Shown piece after piece: positions 1 to 9,514 of a DNA stretch of 64,000 nt. The translations under genes were made by a program, and so were the position numbers. The notes beneath the pieces are model-generated. The model did not search any database, had not been told where the DNA came from, and saw nothing but the letters and a program-made list of their open reading frames with translations. Source of the stretch: an uncultured Eubacteriales bacterium (GTDB taxonomy: Bacteria; Bacillota; Clostridia; Oscillospirales; CAG-382). The number at the start of each line of letters is the position of its first letter. Position 1 is the stretch's first letter. The stretch lies in the NCBI GenBank assembly GCA_900548115.1, contig URJL01000004.1, positions 7,101 through 71,100 on the forward strand. Direction: 5' to 3'.

Positions 1-27
1 ATCAATTCATTTGACGGAGGTCGAAAA

Positions 28-1155
28 ATGATTAAAAACACACCCCCTATGGGCTGGAACTCCTGGAACACGTTCGGACCGGACATCAACGAAAAGCTGA
101 TTTTCGAAACGGCGGACAAGATGGTCAAAACGGGACTTTTGGATGCGGGATATGAATATCTGGTTATTGACGATTGCTGGTCGTTAAAGGAACGCGACAA
201 GAACGGAAAACTGGTTGCCGACCCCGAAAAGTTTCCGCACGGCATGAAAACCGTTTCCGATTATGTTCATTCAAAAGGCTTGAAATTCGGTATGTATTCC
301 TGTGACGGAAATCTTACTTGTGCCGGATATCCGGGAAGCTTTGAACACGAATTTGTCGATGCCGAGACCTTTGCCGAATGGGGCGTTGACTTTTTGAAAT
401 ACGATAATTGCTATCACAGCAATATCATTCATGAAAAATATCTGTATCGCCGTATGGGACTGGCACTCAAAAACTGCGGACGCGATATACTTTTCAGCGC
501 CTGTTCCTGGGGAGTCAATATGACCCATGAGTGGATCCGCGAGACGGGCGCCGAAATGTGGCGTTCGACGGGAGATATTGTCGATACATGGGAATCGGTC
601 AAAAAACTGACGGTACAGCAGGAAGCGATTCTTCCTTACGGCGGCAAGGGCTGCTTTAACGATATGGATATGCTGATCGTCGGTATGCACGGAAAAGGAA
701 ACGTCGGCCTTGAAGGCCTGACCGATGAACAGTATAAGACGCATTTTTCGATTTGGGCGCTTTTCGCGTCTCCGCTTATGATCGGATGCGATATTCGGGA
801 TATGACCGAGGAAACGAAAAAAATTCTCACAAACGCGGAAATGATTCGAATCAACCAGGATGCCGATTGCCGTCAGGTCGTAAAGCTTCCCAATGTGTGG
901 AACGACAATGTTAAAGTATATGCCCGCACACTCGAAAACGGGGATATTGCGCTCGGTATGTTTAATTTCGGCAGTGAAAAACTGTGCGCTCGCATCACGA
1001 CCGATGAACTGGGACTTCCCGAAAGCACGAGCAGAACGCTTGAAATGCACAATGTTTGGGAGGATGAGGTCATCACCGTTACAAACGGCGCTTTCCTTCA
1101 CGACATTGAGGCGGGCGCGTGCCTTGTATACCGCTGTAAGGTCGTGAAGAAGTAA
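28..1155 (+). CDS. alpha-galactosidase, glycoside hydrolase family 27
   Basis: 375-aa ORF. PPMGWNSWNTF, YEYLVIDDCW and FLKYDNC motifs are typical of GH27 melibiases. GGAGG at 16-20 lies 7 nt before the ATG. Confidence 0.9.
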   Translation: MIKNTPPMGWNSWNTFGPDINEKLIFETADKMVKTGLLDAGYEYLVIDDCWSLKERDKNGKLVADPEKFPHGMKTVSDYVHSKGLKFGMYSCDGNLTCAGYPGSFEHEFVDAETFAEWGVDFLKYDNCYHSNIIHEKYLYRRMGLALKNCGRDILFSACSWGVNMTHEWIRETGAEMWRSTGDIVDTWESVKKLTVQQEAILPYGGKGCFNDMDMLIVGMHGKGNVGLEGLTDEQYKTHFSIWALFASPLMIGCDIRDMTEETKKILTNAEMIRINQDADCRQVVKLPNVWNDNVKVYARTLENGDIALGMFNFGSEKLCARITTDELGLPESTSRTLEMHNVWEDEVITVTNGAFLHDIEAGACLVYRCKVVKK

Positions 1156-1346
1156 TGGCGCTTTGCTTTCAATGCGGAAAGGAACTTTTGCAGAACGACA
1201 TCGGCGCTTATAAGAAATTTATCAATCGCGGCAGTACGGAGTTTATGTGCCGCGCATGCCTTGCGAAAGAACTTCATGTTTCCGAGGAACGCATCAACGA
1301 AAAAATCGAAATTTTTAAGCTTCAGGGCTGTACGTTGTTTGTGTAA
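1155..1346 (+). CDS. small Cys-rich (CxxC...CxxC) zinc-ribbon-like protein, function unknown
   Basis: 63-aa ORF whose ATG overlaps the upstream stop (TAATG), suggesting translational coupling. Two CxxC pairs (CFQC, CRAC). Confidence 0.45.
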   Translation: MALCFQCGKELLQNDIGAYKKFINRGSTEFMCRACLAKELHVSEERINEKIEIFKLQGCTLFV

Positions 1347-1380
1347 ATAAAAACGACCCGCATTTCCGAAACCGTTGAAG

Positions 1381-2115
1381 TGCACCCAAAAGTTTGGACA
1401 AAAAATCAAATATTAAACAGCTTTCGAATGAGCTCGGTATTGAACCGGGCTCATTCCGTTTAGTTTAAGAGAAATTCTCTCATAGTTGCAGTAATGTATG
1501 TACTCTTCTAACTTTTCAATGAATCCCCGAGGGGATTCAAATTTTTCGCCGCGGAATATTTCAACTTTCAGCCTGCCGAAGAAGTTCTCCGTTATACCGT
1601 TATCCATACAGTTCCCTTTTCGGGACATACTTTGCGTAATATTGTGTTCGGTAAGTAACGGTTGGTATTCGGCATGCCGGTACTGCCATCCCTGATCGGA
1701 ATGAAACAGAGGTCGTGCAGCGGCAGGAAGTTTTTCAAACAATCCACTCAGCATGTCCCGGATTTGTTGCAAGTTAGGACTTGTAGAAATCGAATAGGAT
1801 ATAATTTCACGGTTGAACATATCGAGCACAGGTGAAAGGTGCACCTTTTCATTGCCGATCTTAAATTCTGTAATGTCGGTTGTCCGTTTTTCAAATGGTT
1901 TATCTGCATGAAAATCTCTTTTCAGCAGATTATCGGCTATTTTGCCAACCTCGCCTTTGTAAGAATGGTACTTGCCGTTTTTACTTTGTTTTCCACGCAA
2001 GCCAAGGGCTTCCATCAATTTTAACACGGTTTTATGCTTGAATTCCGGCGAGTAGTTTTTCTGTTTTCTTGACATAAAATATGCACCTCCATAAGTGTCT
2101 GACTTTGGGGGTGCA
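1381..2115 (-). mobile_element. internally deleted IS3-family insertion sequence (about 735 bp) with both terminal inverted repeats
   Basis: Ends TGCACCCAAAAGTTTGGACA (1381-1400) and TGTCTGACTTTGGGGGTGCA (2096-2115) are imperfect inverted repeats (about 16/20) starting with TG...CA. They enclose a transposase remnant. Confidence 0.7.
1413..2075 (-). pseudogene. IS3-family transposase remnant: first ~22 aa of OrfA fused in frame to the OrfB rve core
   Basis: N-terminus MSRKQKNYSPEFKHKTVLKLME is OrfA-like. It runs straight into the OrfB region YKGEVG...TDITEF...HSDQGWQY...SMSRKGNCMDNG...YYN-type (DDE integrase core). The HTH, frameshift window and OrfB N-terminus are missing. Confidence 0.8.
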
Positions 2116-2143
2116 TATCATTTAGGAAATGCAGGTTTGCTTT

Positions 2144-3175
2144 TTACTTTTTTACAGCATAACAGGCAATGACCTGTCCCTCGTCGTCAAAATCGACCTC
2201 AAAGCTTGTGTCGGGAAGCTCATCGTTGCGGGCGCTTCCGTTGCAGGACAGATAGAGCCAATTTTTTCCGAAATAATAATCGGGTGAACCGAGGCGGTAG
2301 ATCACACTGCTCACGAGGTCGCCGACCATGACGCGCCCCGAAGCGTTTTCGCCTTTAAATCCGACCGTGACGGGGAAGAACTCACGCGGATCGCGGTAAT
2401 ATCCGACAACCGTGCCGTCGCGGACGATGAGATAGGACTTTTGATAATAGCGGTACGAATCGTAAACAAGATCGGGCTCGCCCAAAAGCTCGTCCGCGCG
2501 CTCGATCGAATCGCCGACGGTCACATATCCTTCAAACGGACCGAAAGCAAACGGATTCGCGTCGTTTCCGCTTTCGGAATAAAACGCCGCGCGAAGCCGA
2601 TCGCTGAGGTGCGAATCGGAAAGGAGCGAAATTCCCGAGATCACGGCGGCGGTCGTTACCAGCAGAACCAGCACCGTCACGATGCGTCGGGAACACAAAA
2701 GCGCGCGGGCACGCTTCTTCTCCCATTGCGGGTTGATTAAAACGACCTTTTTCGTCGTGGGCTTTTTCCGCCCGACGCGAAACGAGTCGTCGGGCATTTC
2801 ACCCGTGCGCAGAAAGGAGTCGTATGCTTCCTTTTCCTCTTCGGTTGCGTCTTCGTAGCGAATGACCTTGGGACGGCGAGAGTTTGTTCCGTCCTCCGAA
2901 GAAGCGTCGGACTTTTTGCCCGCTCCCATTCCGTCGACTGTGCGCTTTGATTTGTTTTTTTGCTTGCCGTCGGCGGACACGGCTTTTTCAAAAGTGTCGG
3001 TTTGCGCATGCTGTGCGATAATTTCTTCTTCGGTCGGAAAATCCGTCGGAAGGGGCGTGTAGGGTAAAGATGCACCGTCCGTGTGCGCGCCGAGCCGTTC
3101 CTTTTCCCGCCGAATGCGCGATTTTGCGAAATCGCTTACCCGATTATCCGATTCGGGCTTGTTTTCTTGTGGCAT
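2144..3175 (-). CDS. single-pass membrane protein, charged K/E/D-rich N-terminal region, unknown extracellular domain
   Basis: 343-aa ORF with one hydrophobic segment (IVTVLVLLVTTAAVISGISLL). I recognise no family. Its start overlaps the upstream gene end by 32 nt. Confidence 0.5.
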   Translation of the reverse strand: MPQENKPESDNRVSDFAKSRIRREKERLGAHTDGASLPYTPLPTDFPTEEEIIAQHAQTDTFEKAVSADGKQKNKSKRTVDGMGAGKKSDASSEDGTNSRRPKVIRYEDATEEEKEAYDSFLRTGEMPDDSFRVGRKKPTTKKVVLINPQWEKKRARALLCSRRIVTVLVLLVTTAAVISGISLLSDSHLSDRLRAAFYSESGNDANPFAFGPFEGYVTVGDSIERADELLGEPDLVYDSYRYYQKSYLIVRDGTVVGYYRDPREFFPVTVGFKGENASGRVMVGDLVSSVIYRLGSPDYYFGKNWLYLSCNGSARNDELPDTSFEVDFDDEGQVIACYAVKK

Positions 3176-4097
3176 AGGGTGTGTCTCTCTTCGTTTTTAT
3201 GTGTCCGCTGTCGTAATCGCTGCCGTCTTTTGTGACATAAATCTCGTTTACCTCGGGAAGGATCTGGAACAAAACGTCCGAAATGCAATCGAGAATGCGG
3301 CTTTCCTCATAAGAACCCGTGCCGTAGACCGGCGCCTTTCCTTCGGCAAAATCTACGGTGACGGTATTGTTTTTCACCGTGACCGAATTGATTCCGAGCT
3401 GTATTTCGAAAAGGCGCGAGATCCGCTTGAGGCAGCAGAGATAATTCGGCTCGCCGATATAGCGGTAGAGCTGTTCGCTTTCCTCGGTTTGATCGGTGTA
3501 AACGTCGTAATACGAAACGACAAAGGACATTTCCGATATTTCGGGCTGCGGCTCATCAAGTATTTCGGGAAGAAAAGGCACATCCGAATCGATCGCATGA
3601 TAGTCGGTAATAAAATCCTCGCCGTCCAGAGAAAAATACACTTCATCCGCGTCGTCCAAATTACGCAGAAGGCTCTGGCTGACGCTGTATAAAACCGACG
3701 CCTCGTTTTTTTCGGTATTTTGATCGGAAAGGAAAAAATTCGGATCAAAATCCACCGTAACACGATTTTCTTCGCTGCTTACCGACAAGACCGAAACGGG
3801 AAGACCCGAAAGCTTTATCACTTTGTCCAAAAGAAAAGCGGGGGAGAGCGGTTCGCTCTGCTCAAGGCTTGCCGTGTCGTATGAGGAAAGACCCGTGTTG
3901 CGGTCGAGATAAAAAACCGAATATTCAACCGTCCGAAGGGGGTCGGGATCGGTCGAAATAATCTTATCCACCGTATCGGCAACCTTTTCGGGAACGCTTT
4001 TTTCGGATTGGTCGTCCTTTTTCTTTTCGGACTCCTTTTGACAGGAACACAAAAGCAGTGCGGACGCCAGCATAAGACAGAACAATCGTTTTTTCAA
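3144..4097 (-). CDS. lipoprotein, possibly GerMN-domain type
   Basis: Signal peptide with lipobox (MKKRLFCLMLASALLLCS|C). Two similar ...VTVDF... modules resemble GerMN repeats. I prefer the TTG start at 4097 over the GTG at 4109, which abuts the AAGGAGG RBS. Confidence 0.55.
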   Translation of the reverse strand: MKKRLFCLMLASALLLCSCQKESEKKKDDQSEKSVPEKVADTVDKIISTDPDPLRTVEYSVFYLDRNTGLSSYDTASLEQSEPLSPAFLLDKVIKLSGLPVSVLSVSSEENRVTVDFDPNFFLSDQNTEKNEASVLYSVSQSLLRNLDDADEVYFSLDGEDFITDYHAIDSDVPFLPEILDEPQPEISEMSFVVSYYDVYTDQTEESEQLYRYIGEPNYLCCLKRISRLFEIQLGINSVTVKNNTVTVDFAEGKAPVYGTGSYEESRILDCISDVLFQILPEVNEIYVTKDGSDYDSGHIKTKRDTPYATRKQARIG

Positions 4098-4467
4098 AAC
4101 GGACTCCACCTCCTTATTTCCTTATCGATACGGTATGCGGAAAATACCGTTTCTATGCAGAATGTTAAATTCTGTGTTTAATCTATTGTATATCATTCCG
4201 GCAAAATTTGCAACCGTAATTTTTAAATGTTTTTCCGCACGGTTCGGACGAAATCAGAGGTCGAAATGTGGAAATTCTTTTACCGTATTGTAATATTCCT
4301 GCGATTGTGGGATTATTTTAACAAAAATTCTATTTTTGTTAATGCTTTTCTTGATAATAAATGCTATAATGAACCCGCAAATGAGAAGAAAAAGTTCGGC
4401 GGCGTGCGCGCAAGCTTGCTGCGACAGCCGACTTTCCGTGTTAGGAAAAGAATGTAAGAGAGAAAAA

Positions 4468-5292
4468 ATGGCAGCAAACGAATCGAAAAAAGAAAACATC
4501 CTGTGGCAGCTCCCAATCGTCGGGAGCTTCAAAAGCATGTCGTATTGTATCCGCACGGCGGACGATCTGTGTTTTGTGATCGACGGCGGAGACGCGCCCG
4601 AGACCGACTATCTGGTCGATTTTATCAACACACACCTTGACGGAAAGGTCGACGTTTGGTTTATTACTCATCCGCACAAATCGCATGTCGGCGCGTTTAT
4701 CAAAATTTTGAATGAGGGTCTTGTCCCCGTTAAGAAGATCATCTATTCCTATCTCGATCCCGAGGTCGTGGCGCACTATGAGATGAGCCGTGTGCCCGAG
4801 GTGGAAAATTTCAACACCGCGGTAAAGCAGTCCAAGATTCCGTCGGTCCGCGTGCGCAACGGCGACCGTTTAAAGCTCGGCAAGAGCATCGTCAAGATTA
4901 TCGGCGCGCCCGCTGTCGATACCTCGCGCAATTATATCAACAACCTCAATGTGATCTACAAGTTCAATTTCAAGACCTCGTCGGTTCTGTTTTTGGGCGA
5001 TACGGGATATGAAGCGGGACTTGCGCTTTTGACCCTGTTTAAAGACGAATTGAAGAGCGATATTCTGCAAATGGCACATCACGGCTATTACGGCGTTTCG
5101 AAAGAGCTTTATGCCGTCATTGCCCCGAGCGTATGCCTCTGGCCGACGCGCCGCGAAATATGGCCCGGCACCTCCAAGATTCTCACAAGCGAGGGCGAGG
5201 ACATCAGCGAGACCTACGATTTCATGTGTTCGCGCGGTGTAACCAAGCACTTCGTTGCGGGAATCGACGGATTGACGGAGCTGCATTTGTGA
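4468..5292 (+). CDS. MBL-fold metallo-hydrolase
   Basis: ITHPHKSHVGAF (HxHxxH-like) and a later MAHHG motif. Start chosen at the internal ATG 4468, because the upstream ORF extension is low-complexity and AT-rich. Confidence 0.7.
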   Translation: MAANESKKENILWQLPIVGSFKSMSYCIRTADDLCFVIDGGDAPETDYLVDFINTHLDGKVDVWFITHPHKSHVGAFIKILNEGLVPVKKIIYSYLDPEVVAHYEMSRVPEVENFNTAVKQSKIPSVRVRNGDRLKLGKSIVKIIGAPAVDTSRNYINNLNVIYKFNFKTSSVLFLGDTGYEAGLALLTLFKDELKSDILQMAHHGYYGVSKELYAVIAPSVCLWPTRREIWPGTSKILTSEGEDISETYDFMCSRGVTKHFVAGIDGLTELHL

Positions 5293-5315
5293 TTTTTTGA
5301 AAAATACAGCCGAAG

Positions 5316-5348
5316 CGCGGCGGTCTTTTCGGACTGCCGCGTTTTTTT
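5316..5348 (+). terminator. rho-independent terminator
   Basis: Stem CGCGGCGGTC/GACTGCCGCG (one G-T pair) followed by a T7 run, located between convergent genes. Confidence 0.65.
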
Positions 5349-5397
5349 CGAACGGTTAAACAAATACGGGAAGGCAATGCCCTCCCGTATCGATTTT

Positions 5398-6900
5398 TTA
5401 CTTTTTGTGTCCTCCGCACGCCGATACAAAACGAAGAAACGCTTTCCGTCCCTCGGACGTGCATTTATATACGCCCGCGTCCTCCAAGACCCGTACAAAG
5501 GTTTTGCCGATCTCATCTTTCAGAATGTCCTCGGTATTTTCGGGGGTGAAGGTGTATTTGTCGCGGAAAGAAGTGAACCATGCAGCGTGCTTTTCAATGT
5601 CGGGAAGGGTCGAAAAACCGGTTCCCGAAAGAATCGCTTCCTTCATGGCGGCAATCTCCGCTTTCAGTCTTGCGGGAAGCACGGCAAGCCCCATGACCTC
5701 GATAAGACCGATGTTTTCTTTCTTAATATTGTGAAGCTCGGCGTGGGGATGATAAACGCCCAAAGGATGCTCTTCGGTCGTAATGTTGTTGCGCAGCACG
5801 AGATCCAGCTCGTACTTTTCGCCTCTGCGGCGTGCAATCGGCGTGATCGTATTGTGCGGCTCGCCGTTTGTCTCGGCAAAGATAAAGGCGTCCTCGTCGG
5901 TATAAGCGCGCCACTTCGAAAGAATTTTGCCCGCAAGCGCGCAGAGCTTTTCTTTGTCGTCTCCCGTAATGCGCAGTACCGCCATCGGCCAATGAACGAT
6001 CGAAGCGTCCACACCGTCGTATCCGTCGAAGACAAGCGGAATTTCCGCGCCCGCGCGCTCCATGGCAAAGGTGTAATGACCACCCTGCATGTGGTTGTGC
6101 GTCAAAATCGAGCCGCCCACAATGGGAAGATCGGCGTTCGAGCCGATGAAATAATGCGGGAACACGCCGACAAAATCAAGAAGCTTTCGGAACGTTCCGT
6201 CGTCGATCTTCATCGGAACGTGTTCTTTGGAAAAGGCGATACAATGCTCGTTGTAGTAAACGTAGGGCGAATATTGCAAATACCACTCGTCGCCCGAAAG
6301 AGAGATCGGAATGATGCGGTGATTCTGACGGGCGGGGGAGTTGACTCTGCCCGCATATCCTTCATTTTCACGGCACAAAAGGCATTTCGGATAACCGCTC
6401 TGCGGAAGCGCTTTTGCCGCCGCGATGGCTTTCGGGTCCTTTTCGGGCTTCGAAAGGTTGACGGTGATGTCAATCTCGCCGTATTCGCTTTCGGTCTTCC
6501 ATTTCATATCCTTTTTAACGCGATAGTCGCGGATATAATTGGTTGCTTTGGAAAGGGCATAATAATAATCGGTCGCCTTTTCGGGGCTTTCTTCGTAAAG
6601 AGAATAAAACTTTTTGATCACCGTGCTCGGGAAAGGCGTGAGCGCGCCCATGAGCTTTGTGTCGAAAAGATCGCGGTACACGACCGAATTATTTTCCAAA
6701 AGCCCGTCCTTTGCCGCCTCGTCGCAAAGCGTTTCGAGAATCGTTTCAAGGTCGGTGCAGGTTTCGAAAGGCTCATCGCTTATCGAATCGGTTTTTAAAA
6801 TTTCCAGCAGCTTGTTCTGCGCGCAGATTCGGTCATATTCTTCGATAAGTCCCCGATCGACGGCATACTGTACCAGTTGCTTTACGGCTTGTTCTTTCAT
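5398..6900 (-). CDS. galT: UDP-glucose--hexose-1-phosphate uridylyltransferase (long Firmicutes type)
   Basis: 500-aa ORF with full-length resemblance to type-2 GalT (YPKCLLCxENEGY, HxHxQGG region HNHMQGGH). Confidence 0.9.
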   Translation of the reverse strand: MKEQAVKQLVQYAVDRGLIEEYDRICAQNKLLEILKTDSISDEPFETCTDLETILETLCDEAAKDGLLENNSVVYRDLFDTKLMGALTPFPSTVIKKFYSLYEESPEKATDYYYALSKATNYIRDYRVKKDMKWKTESEYGEIDITVNLSKPEKDPKAIAAAKALPQSGYPKCLLCRENEGYAGRVNSPARQNHRIIPISLSGDEWYLQYSPYVYYNEHCIAFSKEHVPMKIDDGTFRKLLDFVGVFPHYFIGSNADLPIVGGSILTHNHMQGGHYTFAMERAGAEIPLVFDGYDGVDASIVHWPMAVLRITGDDKEKLCALAGKILSKWRAYTDEDAFIFAETNGEPHNTITPIARRRGEKYELDLVLRNNITTEEHPLGVYHPHAELHNIKKENIGLIEVMGLAVLPARLKAEIAAMKEAILSGTGFSTLPDIEKHAAWFTSFRDKYTFTPENTEDILKDEIGKTFVRVLEDAGVYKCTSEGRKAFLRFVSACGGHKK

Positions 6901-7178
6901 AACGTCGCTCCCTTACTGTATATCAATCAACCGATATTTTACCACGATTCCGCTTAAAAATCAACAATAATCCGCGCCGAAAATCAAAAACGGGCGAAAA
7001 AACAAAACTTCGATAGAAAATTATACCGATTGAGGAAAAAATTATACAAAATAGAGGGGAACATTTTTTTCGTAAACACGTCTTACAAGACAGAAACGGA
7101 AAAGGAATGCATGAACATGAAAATGTATTTCAATCCGAAAGAAAAAACTTATTTTTACATAAGAAAGGAATCCGAAAT

Positions 7179-8018
7179 ATGAAAAAGTTAACCGCAACCC
7201 TTTTAGCCCTTCTGATGATCGGCGCCGCTTTCACCGGCTGTGCCAAAAAAGACAACACGGCAGAAAAAGACGATAACACGAAAGTCGAAGCCCCCTCCGA
7301 CAACAAGAAGGACGATGAAAAGACTGACGACAAAGCAGATGACAAGACTGACGACAAGACCGACGACAAGTCTGACGAAAATACGGACAACGCGACGGTT
7401 CCCGACGACAAAAAAGAACCCGACACATCGGATAAGCCTGCCGTAATGCCCGACGAAAAGCCGACGGTCAAGCCCGAACAGCCGGTTCAGAAGCCCGAGC
7501 AGAAACCCGAGCAGCAGCCGGAACAGAAACCTGAACAGCAGCCGGAACAAAAGCCCGAAGACAACACCGCCGAATCGGCGCTTGCGGGCAAGTCGCTTTC
7601 TGAAATCATCGATATGATCTACGAAAAGAATCCGGTTGAAGACCTTTCGCTTGTAACCGATGCCATTGATGCGGAGGATGCCGATTCGCTCGAGTATCTT
7701 ACCGGCATTACCGACGGAAGCCTTGTTTCCGAAGCGTCGATTTCGGCGCCGATGATCGGCTCGATCCCGTATTCCCTCGTCGTGGTTCGCGTAAAGGACA
7801 AAAAGGATACCGCAACGGTCGCACAGCAGATGAAAGATAACATCAACCTGAGAAGATGGATCTGCGTCGAAGCCGATTCTCTCACGGTCGTCGGATACGA
7901 CGATGTGATCATGCTCTTCATGATCAATTCCGTAGAATACGGCGACGTTGCCTCGACCGACGGCATGAAGGAGGCCTTCAAATCGATTTGCGGCGGTTCT
8001 CTCGATGTCGATCTGTAA
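7179..8018 (+). CDS. lipoprotein with low-complexity D/K/T and P/E/Q repeats and a DUF4358-like C-terminal domain
   Basis: MKKLTATLLALLMIGAAFTG|C lipobox. AAAGGAA RBS region upstream of ATG 7179. The C-terminal ~150 aa resemble DUF4358 proteins (tentative). Confidence 0.6.
   Translation: MKKLTATLLALLMIGAAFTGCAKKDNTAEKDDNTKVEAPSDNKKDDEKTDDKADDKTDDKTDDKSDENTDNATVPDDKKEPDTSDKPAVMPDEKPTVKPEQPVQKPEQKPEQQPEQKPEQQPEQKPEDNTAESALAGKSLSEIIDMIYEKNPVEDLSLVTDAIDAEDADSLEYLTGITDGSLVSEASISAPMIGSIPYSLVVVRVKDKKDTATVAQQMKDNINLRRWICVEADSLTVVGYDDVIMLFMINSVEYGDVASTDGMKEAFKSICGGSLDVDL
7319..7560 (+). repeat. in-frame coding micro-repeats (KTDD x5; [Q/K]PEQ x6)
   Basis: Tandem 12-nt GACGACAAG-type units at 7319-7379. 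12/15-nt CCNGARCAG units at 7471-7560. Confidence 0.7.
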
Positions 8019-8098
8019 GAACCGACGCTCATAAACCGACAGCCCGCACCTTCCCGCGGGCTGTCCTTCTGTAAATCGATTTTGACGGGAGAAACCAT

Positions 8099-9496
8099 AT
8101 GCTCTTTTCCGGAATACCGTTTCTTTATACATTTTTACCGATTGTGCTGCTTTTGTACGCGATTTCTCCGAAAAAAACGAAAAACTGCGTGCTTTTGCTC
8201 TCCAGCCTTGTTTTTTACGGATGCGGCGGACCGAGATACTTGCTTTTGATGATCGGTGCGATCCTCATCGGCTATGTCGGCGGACTGCTGATCGGGCGCG
8301 CCGAAACGCGCAGGGTGAAGAAAATCTTTCTCACCCTTTCGATTCTGCTCCTCGCGGGGCTTTTGGGCTATTTTAAATACGCCGATTTCTTCGTTTCCAA
8401 TGTAAACGCCCTCTTCGGCGCGTCAATCCCGCTTTTGCACGTGACCCTCCCGATCGGGATCAGTTTTTATACCTTCCAGATATTGAGCTACGATGTCGAC
8501 GTGTACCGCGGAACGCCCGTGCAAAAAAATCTTATCGATTTTGCCGCCTATGTCTCGATGTTTCCGCAGCTTATCGCGGGTCCGATCGTGCGTTATACCG
8601 ATGTTGAAAAAGAACTTTCGGTGCGTACCCACAGCGCGGCGCTTACCTATGAGGGCTTGCGACGCTTTCTTGTCGGACTTTCGAAAAAAATACTGCTTGC
8701 CAATCTTTTTGCCGAGCTGAACGACGCCTTCCGCGCGGCGGACGAAAAATCGGTGCTGTTTTATTGGATGTACGCCGTGAGCTACACACTGCTCATCTAT
8801 TTCGATTTTTCGGGCTACAGCGATATGGCGATCGGTCTCGGAAAGATCTTCGGGTTCCATTTTCCCGAAAATTTCGATTATCCGTATCTGTCGCGCAGTG
8901 TGACCGAATTCTGGCGCAGATGGCACAAAACGCTCGGCGGCTGGTTCCGCGATTATGTGTACATCCCGCTCGGCGGAAACCGCGTGAGCACGGGACGGTG
9001 GTTCTTCAACATCGCCGTTGTGTGGGCGCTGACGGGGCTTTGGCACGGAGCGGCGTGGAATTTTGTTTTGTGGGGGCTTATGTTTGCGGTCCTTCTGATT
9101 GCCGAAAAGCTCTTTCTTAAAAAGCTTCTCGAGCGTCTCCCGCGCTTTGTTTCGCATGTGTATGTAATGTTTATCGTAATGATAAGCTTTGTGATCTTCA
9201 ATGCCGAAAGCATGACGCAGGCGGCGGGCGATCTTTCCGCTATGTTCGGCGCGGCAAAGCTGCCGTTTGCAAACGAGCTTACGCTGTATTATCTCAAAAA
9301 CTATGCGGGCATTTTCCTTCTCGGTGTGATCGGCGCAACGCCGCTCATGTCTCGCCTTGCCGAGCGTGTGCGGAAGCTTTCCGACGGACGTATCTCGGCA
9401 GTGCTTGAGCCGTGCGGAATGCTTTTGTTGCTGCTTGTCTGCACCGCCTTTTTGGCGGACGGCTCGTTCAACCCGTTTTTGTATTTCCGATTCTGA
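8099..9496 (+). CDS. MBOAT-family membrane-bound O-acyltransferase (AlgI/DltB-like)
   Basis: 465-aa polytopic protein with typical MBOAT motifs (FWRRWHxTLGxWFRDYVYIPLGG, WHG). Confidence 0.9.
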   Translation: MLFSGIPFLYTFLPIVLLLYAISPKKTKNCVLLLSSLVFYGCGGPRYLLLMIGAILIGYVGGLLIGRAETRRVKKIFLTLSILLLAGLLGYFKYADFFVSNVNALFGASIPLLHVTLPIGISFYTFQILSYDVDVYRGTPVQKNLIDFAAYVSMFPQLIAGPIVRYTDVEKELSVRTHSAALTYEGLRRFLVGLSKKILLANLFAELNDAFRAADEKSVLFYWMYAVSYTLLIYFDFSGYSDMAIGLGKIFGFHFPENFDYPYLSRSVTEFWRRWHKTLGGWFRDYVYIPLGGNRVSTGRWFFNIAVVWALTGLWHGAAWNFVLWGLMFAVLLIAEKLFLKKLLERLPRFVSHVYVMFIVMISFVIFNAESMTQAAGDLSAMFGAAKLPFANELTLYYLKNYAGIFLLGVIGATPLMSRLAERVRKLSDGRISAVLEPCGMLLLLLVCTAFLADGSFNPFLYFRF

Positions 9497-9514
9497 CGAA
9501 AGGAGAACGAATAT

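Noticed and set aside
1377-2119. Target-site duplication flanking the IS3 remnant
   Set aside because: The flanking triplets differ (..GAAG on the left, TATC.. on the right), so no direct repeat supports a recent insertion.
5377-6798. 473-aa ORF on the plus strand
   Set aside because: It lies entirely antisense to the well-supported galT gene. The product is Arg/Phe-rich with no recognisable family. This is a typical shadow ORF in GC-biased coding DNA.
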